A stretch of DNA of 64,000 bases from Bryobacterales bacterium (lineage in GTDB: Bacteria; Acidobacteriota; Terriglobia; Bryobacterales; UBA6623): contig OY729427.2 of assembly GCA_963422375.2 (NCBI GenBank), positions 1,440,001-1,504,000 on the forward strand, written 5' to 3'. Below the pieces are notes generated by a model. The model was not told the origin of the DNA, ran no database searches, and saw nothing but the letters and a program-made list of their open reading frames with translations. Both the position numbers and the translations under genes were made by a program. Below, in pieces: positions 57,946 to 64,000 of the stretch; position 1 is the stretch's first letter, and each line of letters starts with the position of its first letter.

Positions 57946-58770
57946 GTGCTGGTCGATTCGCACTGCCACCTGGACAGCCCGGCCTTCGACAGCGACCGGG
58001 ACGCGGTGATCGCCCGCGCCAGGGAAGCCGGAGTCGGTTTCATGCTGGCGATCGGAACCGGGGACGGCCCGCCGGACCTGGAGGCGGCGATCCGCGTCGC
58101 CGCGGGACACCCCGACCTCGGCGCCACCGTCGGCATCCACCCGCACGACGCGCGCAAGTTCGAGCCGGAGGTCGCGGTCCGAGTCGACGCGCTGTGCGCC
58201 CGGCCCGACGTGCTGGCCGTCGGCGAGATCGGCCTCGACTACCACTACGACAACTCGCCGCGCCGGATCCAGCAAGAGGCCTTCGTCCAGCAGATGGAGA
58301 TCGCCGCGGCAAGGCGCAAGCCGATCGCGATCCATACCCGCGACGCCTGGGCCGACACCTTGGACCTGGTCGGCCGGCACTGGGCCGGCAGCGGCATCGG
58401 CGGCATCATGCACTGCTTCACGGGCACGTCCGAGCAGGCGAGGCGCTGCCTGGACATGGGCATGCTGCTGTCGTTCTCCGGAGTGCTGACGTTCTCCCGG
58501 TCGGCCGACCTGCGGGCCACCGCGCGCGACGCGCCGCTGGACCGGCTGCTCGTGGAAACGGACGCGCCGTACCTGACTCCCGCGCCGCACCGGAGAATCC
58601 GGCGCAACGAGCCCCGGTTCGTAGTGGAGACGGCGAGGGTCCTCGCGGAAGCGAAGGGAGTCTCCGCCGCCGAGGTGGCGCGAGCCACCAGCGGGAATTT
58701 CCGCGCCCTGTTCGGCAGCGAGGCTCTGGGCCCGAGGTGGGCCGGTCAGGCGGGCAGCTCGGCCACGTAG
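57946..58770 (+). CDS. TatD-family hydrolase
   Basis: DSHCHL, GIHPH, VGEIGLDY, IHTRDA, MHCFTG, VETDAPYL.P, RNEP. Confidence 0.94.
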   Translation: MLVDSHCHLDSPAFDSDRDAVIARAREAGVGFMLAIGTGDGPPDLEAAIRVAAGHPDLGATVGIHPHDARKFEPEVAVRVDALCARPDVLAVGEIGLDYHYDNSPRRIQQEAFVQQMEIAAARRKPIAIHTRDAWADTLDLVGRHWAGSGIGGIMHCFTGTSEQARRCLDMGMLLSFSGVLTFSRSADLRATARDAPLDRLLVETDAPYLTPAPHRRIRRNEPRFVVETARVLAEAKGVSAAEVARATSGNFRALFGSEALGPRWAGQAGSSAT

Positions 58771-59870
58771 ACCTGCGTGCAGCCGGATCGGTCGCTCGCG
58801 AAGACCGCCATCGTCTCGTCGCGCGAGAAGGACGGGTGCGGGTGCGTCCACTGGGGCCCGTACACCGTGTCCGCCGCCATCTCCATCCAGCTCAGCGACC
58901 GCCGCCGGTCGGCGGCCCTGCGCGCACGCTCCCAGTCCTCCGCGACCGCGTAGCGCGACAGCCGCCACTGCGAGCCCTGCGAGCTCGCGTCCGAGCTGCA
59001 CACCGGCGTGCGCTCCCCGGTCGCCACATCGACCAGCAGCAGGCCGATATCGGGATGGGCGGTGTCGCACAGGATCTTCGTGCCGGCCCTGTTCGGCGCG
59101 ATATGCCATGCGTTGAAGTCGCTGATCGCGAAGACCTCCCCCGTGCGCCACGCCAGTCGGCGCAAGGACCGCGGCCACACGCAGAAGGCCAGATCCTCGG
59201 TCTCGCCGAGAAACGTCTCGTGCACGATGAACTCGTCGTTGCCGTGCTCCAGCAGGCATTCCAGGCCCGAGCCGTCGCGTCGCACGCGATGCATCCTCGG
59301 AGCCGGATCCCCGGCGAATTCGATCCACTCGGGGTCGGCCGGATTGAACTGCGGATGGATGACGGTGCGGGGAAAAGGGATGAATGCCGTCTCGCCGCCG
59401 TCCGTCTCGCCCGCCAGCAAGCCCCAGCCGGCCGGCCGCCGGCAGGCAGCGACGAACCAGTCTCCCGCGGGGCTGAGGGAGCACTCGCCCAGCTGGCCGC
59501 CGCTGTCAGCGACCAGGCGTTCCTCGAGGGTGTCGCGGCGGAGCTGCCAGATCGCGCCGCCGCGCACGAAGTAGACCGAGCCGTCCCGCGCGATGACCGC
59601 CGAGAACGGATGGACCGGGGCCCCGCCGGTCAGCTGGCGGATCCCGCCGTCGGGAAAACCCGCCTCGAACAGCTGCGCCGAGCCGCTGCGGTAGCCGGTG
59701 AACAGGACGCGGTCCTGCGCCGGGGTGAAGGAGCACTGCAGGAAGTACGTCGGATGGCTGATCGAGGGATGGCCGGTCAGCCGCTGCACGGTCGCGCCCG
59801 TCCGGGAGTCCGTGAAGACCTCGCGCTCGGAGGGACCGCATGCGCCCTTGCCCCACTCGACCGCAGCCAT
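58746..59870 (-). CDS. Oligogalacturonate-lyase-like beta-propeller protein
   Basis: FTDSRTGATVQRLT, HPTYFLQ, VIHPQF, VHETF, HPHPSFS..VFASDRSG..QVY. Confidence 0.75.
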   Translation of the reverse strand: MAAVEWGKGACGPSEREVFTDSRTGATVQRLTGHPSISHPTYFLQCSFTPAQDRVLFTGYRSGSAQLFEAGFPDGGIRQLTGGAPVHPFSAVIARDGSVYFVRGGAIWQLRRDTLEERLVADSGGQLGECSLSPAGDWFVAACRRPAGWGLLAGETDGGETAFIPFPRTVIHPQFNPADPEWIEFAGDPAPRMHRVRRDGSGLECLLEHGNDEFIVHETFLGETEDLAFCVWPRSLRRLAWRTGEVFAISDFNAWHIAPNRAGTKILCDTAHPDIGLLLVDVATGERTPVCSSDASSQGSQWRLSRYAVAEDWERARRAADRRRSLSWMEMAADTVYGPQWTHPHPSFSRDETMAVFASDRSGCTQVYVAELPA

Positions 59871-60045
59871 CAGCCCGGCCCGTCTGACGAGGCTTCTCGC
59901 AGCGGTCGCGGGGTCGCGGGGTCGCCCGCCCGGAGTCGCGGCTCCCCGGCCGCTCGCACGGGGACCTTGGAAGTCCGCCCGGCAGGGGGGCCGTGCCGAC
60001 GGGTCGGCGGCCGCTCCGGGCCGACGGACCGCCGTGCCGGGAATC

Positions 60046-60294
60046 TCACGCGTCTCCCCGCTCGGGCCCCGCGGTCGCTTCCCGCAAGACTGCTCTCGCG
60101 TCGGCGGCGTGCGACTCGAGCACCTTCAGGAGCACGTTCCCGACCGGCTGCTGGATAACGTTCTCGCGAGCCACCCAGCACGGGATCCCGGCCGACTCTA
60201 GAAGCCGCTGGATCACCTCGGCCTCGAGGGTCGCCAAGTGGCTGCGCGAGGAGAACACGGTCTCCAGCCGCTCGTCGTCGGTGGTCGGCCGCAT
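60046..60294 (-). CDS. DUF2007-like small protein
   Basis: LETVF...EAEVIQRLLESAGIP...LKV....ADARAVL. Confidence 0.7.
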   Translation of the reverse strand: MRPTTDDERLETVFSSRSHLATLEAEVIQRLLESAGIPCWVARENVIQQPVGNVLLKVLESHAADARAVLREATAGPERGDA

Positions 60295-60387
60295 CGAGCT
60301 GCGCGCAGTCTAGCAGACCTGCTCGCACGGCTGCCCCGGCCCGCGCTCGCTCGGGCGCGTGTGGAATACTGAGACCGCGGAAGCACG

Positions 60388-61215
60388 ATGACACGACGCA
60401 CCCGACTTGCCCTGCTCCTACCTCTCGCCGCGGCCGTCGCCGTCGCGGACGACAGCGCCGAGCGGCACCCGACCGGATACACGGACACCCCGTTCCTCCC
60501 CGGGGGGCGCTGGCGGGTACACGACGACGCCCGCCCCCGACCGCGGATCGTGGAACCGGGCACCGCCAGCACGCCGGAGCGGCCCGGCAAGCCGCCTTCG
60601 GACGCCGTGGTGCTGTTCGACGGCACGGATCTCTCGAACTGGGTCCAGCGGGCCCGGGGCGGCAAGCTCGTGGCGCCGGCGTGGACGGTCGAGAACGGCT
60701 ACATGGAGCTCGTGCCGGGCACCGGTAGCCACCTCACCAAGGAATCGTTCGGGGACGTCCAGCTGCACCTCGAGTGGGCCGCTCCGGCCGAGCCTCGGGG
60801 CGCGAGCCAAGCCCGCGGCAACAGCGGTGTCATGCTCATGGGGCTGTACGAAATCCAAGTCCTCGATTCCTACGACAACATCAGCTACGCCGACGGCCAG
60901 GCCGGAGCGATCTACGGCCAGTACCCGCCGCTAGTCAACGCGTCCCGCCAGCCCGGCGCCTGGCAGTCCTACGACATCGTGTTCGAAGCCCCGCGATTCG
61001 ACGGCGACAAGCTGGAGAAGCCGGCCTTCGTGACCGTATTCCATAACGGCGTGCTGCTGCACCACCGCAAGGAGATGATGGGGCCCATGCGGCACAGGAA
61101 ACCGAGCGAGTACTCGCCTCACGCCGCCGAGCTGCCCCTGCTGCTGCAGGCCCACGGCAACCCGGTCCGGTATCGCAACATCTGGGCCCGGAGGCTGGAC
61201 CTAGGCAATCCGTAA
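60388..61215 (+). CDS. DUF1080 family secreted protein
   Basis: WRVHD..RP.P, PPSDAVVLFDG, FGDVQLHLEW, RGNSGV, YEIQVLDS, LQAHGNPVRYRNIW. Confidence 0.9.
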   Translation: MTRRTRLALLLPLAAAVAVADDSAERHPTGYTDTPFLPGGRWRVHDDARPRPRIVEPGTASTPERPGKPPSDAVVLFDGTDLSNWVQRARGGKLVAPAWTVENGYMELVPGTGSHLTKESFGDVQLHLEWAAPAEPRGASQARGNSGVMLMGLYEIQVLDSYDNISYADGQAGAIYGQYPPLVNASRQPGAWQSYDIVFEAPRFDGDKLEKPAFVTVFHNGVLLHHRKEMMGPMRHRKPSEYSPHAAELPLLLQAHGNPVRYRNIWARRLDLGNP

Positions 61216-61911
61216 GGCCAGGAGGCCCAAGGGCAGGGCCGCGGCGAGCGCCAGATCGCGGAAGCGGGGCCGCGGGCGCGGCGGGCGCGGGAAGTCGCCG
61301 CGGAAGCCCCTCGCCTCCATGGCGCGGGCCACGCGCTCGGCCCGGTCCCAGCCGCGAACGAACACCGTCGACACCTGGTTCGCCCAGGCCCGCGTCCGAC
61401 CCGCGGCAACCCGGCCGCCCGTGCGGCAGTCGCGCGCCCGCGCCACCCGCCGCCACTCTCCGAGCAGCACCAGCAGGTAACGGTGCATCAGGTTCGCGGT
61501 CAGGGCGAGTCCGCGCGGGGCGCCGAGCCGACGCAGCGAATCCACCAGATCCTCGACGGCCGTGGTGGCCGCAAGCATCGAGAGCAGGAGCACCGCCGAG
61601 CAGGCCTTCCACGCGACGGCCAGCGCCACGCGCTGGCCGTCCGGCACGGCGGAGACCAGCGGAATCGCCGCCGCCATCGCGATGAACGGGGTCGCCGCCA
61701 GCAGTCGGCTGCCCACGTAGCGGCCCGGCACCCGCGCCAGCAGACCGACCGCGGCCAGAACGGCCAGAAGGGTCGGCTGGCGCCAGCCGATGCCTGCGGG
61801 AAACGTCGCGACCACCCCGACGGCGCAGAGCGCGGCGCAGAGCTTCAGGAGCGGGTCGGTCGCGGCCAGCGGGGAGTCCGGAGCCGCCGCCGCGCCCTCG
61901 AGGCCCGTCAT
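61201..61911 (-). CDS. ECF-type Ni/Co transporter T component (CbiQ/NikQ)
   Basis: SPL..TDP..KL, ATT..EDL..SLRRLGAP, MHRYL, RAERV.RAMEARGF. Confidence 0.88.
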   Translation of the reverse strand: MTGLEGAAAAPDSPLAATDPLLKLCAALCAVGVVATFPAGIGWRQPTLLAVLAAVGLLARVPGRYVGSRLLAATPFIAMAAAIPLVSAVPDGQRVALAVAWKACSAVLLLSMLAATTAVEDLVDSLRRLGAPRGLALTANLMHRYLLVLLGEWRRVARARDCRTGGRVAAGRTRAWANQVSTVFVRGWDRAERVARAMEARGFRGDFPRPPRPRPRFRDLALAAALPLGLLALRIA

Positions 61912-62342
61912 GCCGACCCGCTCCGCTTGCGCAGCAGCCAGACCGCGACGGCCGCGACGGCCAGGGCCGCAAGCACCAGGTCGCGGATCGAGAGAGAGGT
62001 TCCCGATTCGGACCGCGCCGCGCCGCCCGCGTCCACCGCAACGTGCGCTTCGGCCCGGTGCCCCATGCCGTCGTCCGCCACGACTCGCCAGCGCCCCGGC
62101 GAGTCCGGCACGAAGCTGGCGCGGCCGTTCGGGTCGGTCCGCAGCGTCTGGTACATCCGACCGGCTTCGGCCGGGGAATACACCGACACTTCGGCGTCGG
62201 CCGGATCGCCGTTGGCGTAGGCGTAGCGCACGACCACGGCCCGCGCCGAGCCCTCGATCTCCGCGAGCATCCCGTGGGCGTGCAGGGTCGGCGGGGCGCA
62301 GAGGCAGAGCGCGAAGAGCGCCCCGAGCAGGCGTTGGCTCAG
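61908..62342 (-). CDS. NikL/CbiL-like accessory component
   Basis: Signal peptide ending AH, YANGDP..AEVSVYSP, TDPNGRASFVPD.PG.W.V..DDGMGH, C-terminal TM; probable CTG start overlapping the nikM stop. Confidence 0.72.
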   Translation of the reverse strand: MSQRLLGALFALCLCAPPTLHAHGMLAEIEGSARAVVVRYAYANGDPADAEVSVYSPAEAGRMYQTLRTDPNGRASFVPDSPGRWRVVADDGMGHRAEAHVAVDAGGAARSESGTSLSIRDLVLAALAVAAVAVWLLRKRSGSA

Positions 62343-62926
62343 CGAGCGGAAGGGAGCAGCATGCCGGGCCGGGCCCGGCTCAGGCTCGACGCGGCCGCTG
62401 CCGTGACGGCGCCCTCGACCGCGGCCACCACCGAGTAGAGCGCGGCCACCGCGTAGAAGCCCTTCCCGTAGTCGGCCAGCTCGAACTCCGCGGCCAGCAG
62501 CAGGGCGGGCAGGAGCGCGCCCAGCAGGCCGGCGGCTGCCGCTCGCGGGGCGGCAGGTCCCGGCAGCTGCCGCCAGATCCACCAGCCAACCGCCGCCCCG
62601 AGGCCCGCGTTGAGGGCATTCACCCCCAGCGAGAGGAGACCGCCGTGCTGGAACAGAAGAGACTGGAAGAGCAGGCATAGGTACAAGACCGGGAACGCCC
62701 TCCTGCCCAGCAGCATGCCGAGCAGGCCGTACAGGCCGAGGTGCGCGGGCACGCCGGCGATCGGGAACTGGACCGTCGAGACGACGAACGCCGCGGCCGC
62801 CGCCAAGCCCATCCTGGAGGCTTCCGCCACGCTCACGTCGCGGCTTGCGGAGCCCAGCCACGCGGCGCTGGCCGCATGCGCGGCGACGCAGCCCGTCACC
62901 GGGAGAATCCCGTCCGCGACATGCAC
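62339..62926 (-). CDS. ECF-type Ni/Co transporter S component (CbiM/NikM)
   Basis: N-terminal MHVADG metal-binding motif, AHL...GL.GMLLG, FQSLLFQHGG..SLGVN; GTG start. Confidence 0.9.
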   Translation of the reverse strand: MHVADGILPVTGCVAAHAASAAWLGSASRDVSVAEASRMGLAAAAAFVVSTVQFPIAGVPAHLGLYGLLGMLLGRRAFPVLYLCLLFQSLLFQHGGLLSLGVNALNAGLGAAVGWWIWRQLPGPAAPRAAAAGLLGALLPALLLAAEFELADYGKGFYAVAALYSVVAAVEGAVTAAAASSLSRARPGMLLPSAR

Positions 62927-62962
62927 CGGACTTGCGAGTATATCACGCGCCCCCGGCGCGCC

Positions 62963-64000
62963 TCAGTTGCCGAGGCCGCGGCCGGCGGCGAGCCCCTCGG
63001 CCAGGTAGTCCCGGATCTTGGACCGGTTGCGCTCGACGTCCAGCAGCGCGGTGCGCAGCAGCTGCTCCTTCCGGTTCGCCAGCACCGCGCGGATCGACTC
63101 CTGCACGTCCGGATCCCCGAACTCCCGGCGACCGGCGGGCTCCACCGCGACCAGCCGCAGGATCCGGAACTCGCCGCCCGTCTGGACGACCGGGGACGTG
63201 TCGCCCGGCTGCAGGTCCACCAGCGCCCGACGCAGGCGCACGTCGGTCTTCTCGAGGGCCGAAACCGAGACGAAGCCCATGTCGCCGCCGTTCGCCGCGT
63301 AGACCGGATCTTCCGAGTAGTGCAGGGCCATTTCCTCGAAATCGGCGCCGTCCGCGAGCTCCTCGCGAATCCGCCGGATCTTCCGGCGCGCCGACTCCAA
63401 GTCGGTGGCGTCGTCGTTGCGCAGGTTGGGCACCGGGACCACCTCGGTGTCCGCTACGAGGATCTGGGCGAGGCGCAGCTGCTGCTCGGGCACGGCGAAG
63501 GCCGCCTGGTGGCTGTCGTAGTAGGCGCGCATCTCGTCCTCCCCGACGCGCACCTTGGACGCGATCTCGCGGTTCAGCAGCATCTCGACCGTCAGCTGGC
63601 GGCGCAGCTCCTCGCGCAGGGACGCTAGGTCCACTCCCGCGCGTTCCAGCGCCTCGTGCAAGCCTTCCGGCGTGGCGTACGCCAGGCGGTACCGCTCCAT
63701 GGCGCCTTCGACCTCCCGGTCGGCCACCGCCAGGCCCTGCTCCGAGGCCCGGCGCAGCAGAACCCGATGATCCACGAGCTCGCGCAGGAGGCCGACGCGT
63801 CGCAGCAGATCCTGCTGGGCGTCGCCGACCTCGCCCAAGCCGCTCGACGCAGGCCGGCGCGCGAGTTCGAACACCAGCAGGTCGGCACCGGTGATCCGAG
63901 CGCCGTTGACCTCCGCCAAGGGCCGGTCGAGCTCGGACCGCTCGCACGAAAGCCCCGCGCCGACGGCCGCGAGAGCCGCCGCCAGGGCAGGGGCCCGCCG
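62963..64000 (-). CDS. SurA-like peptidyl-prolyl isomerase (5' end outside the window)
   Basis: AEVNG..IT, SurA-N helices, LAQILV, GADFEEMA..YSEDP...NGGDMGF parvulin motif. Confidence 0.88.
   Translation of the reverse strand, partial: RRAPALAAALAAVGAGLSCERSELDRPLAEVNGARITGADLLVFELARRPASSGLGEVGDAQQDLLRRVGLLRELVDHRVLLRRASEQGLAVADREVEGAMERYRLAYATPEGLHEALERAGVDLASLREELRRQLTVEMLLNREIASKVRVGEDEMRAYYDSHQAAFAVPEQQLRLAQILVADTEVVPVPNLRNDDATDLESARRKIRRIREELADGADFEEMALHYSEDPVYAANGGDMGFVSVSALEKTDVRLRRALVDLQPGDTSPVVQTGGEFRILRLVAVEPAGRREFGDPDVQESIRAVLANRKEQLLRTALLDVERNRSKIRDYLAEGLAAGRGLGN

Overview
This is a 64 kb, very GC-rich (about 70% by eye), densely coding bacterial chromosomal segment. The gene inventory points to Acidobacteriota, probably Bryobacterales-like; this is an inference from the VWFA-related protein, carboxypeptidase-regulatory-like proteins, PadR plus permease-prefix cassette, DUF1549/DUF1553 and DUF1080 proteins. 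Most of the window is housekeeping. It holds a his operon (hisD-hisC-HAD-hisB-hisH-hisF...hisA) split by a PadR cassette, an ECF sigma triad, gpmI, an RsbW/STAS-mlaE-mlaF-mlaD-kinase operon, rsmB, an ArnT-like GT, rpmE2, an OprC-like TonB receptor, ArsS radical SAM with its CMD partner, accC plus a biotin carrier, gluQ, short leuA with a LysR, larC, metG, tatD, nikMLQ-type genes and a SurA-like PPIase. Two lower-GC decayed islands are present. One is a pseudogenised Dam-type MTase with a convergent putative restriction endonuclease (about 30.1-31.7 kb). The other is a Panacea (SocA-like) antitoxin with a putative membrane toxin interrupted by an IS1595 element with recognisable TIRs and an 8-bp TSD (about 37.3-39.7 kb). 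The most notable observations are: an intact DnaC/IstB-like protein whose ATPase motifs are all substituted; a partner-switching kinase/STAS pair heading an Mla transporter operon; a Cys-less OprC-like receptor with a Cys-rich/Pro-terminal leader ORF; a G16 tract abutting a -10 box upstream of hisA; and a 369-bp domain amplification in a secreted protein. I found no rRNA, tRNA or CRISPR array. All family calls come from motif recognition by eye, not from database searches.
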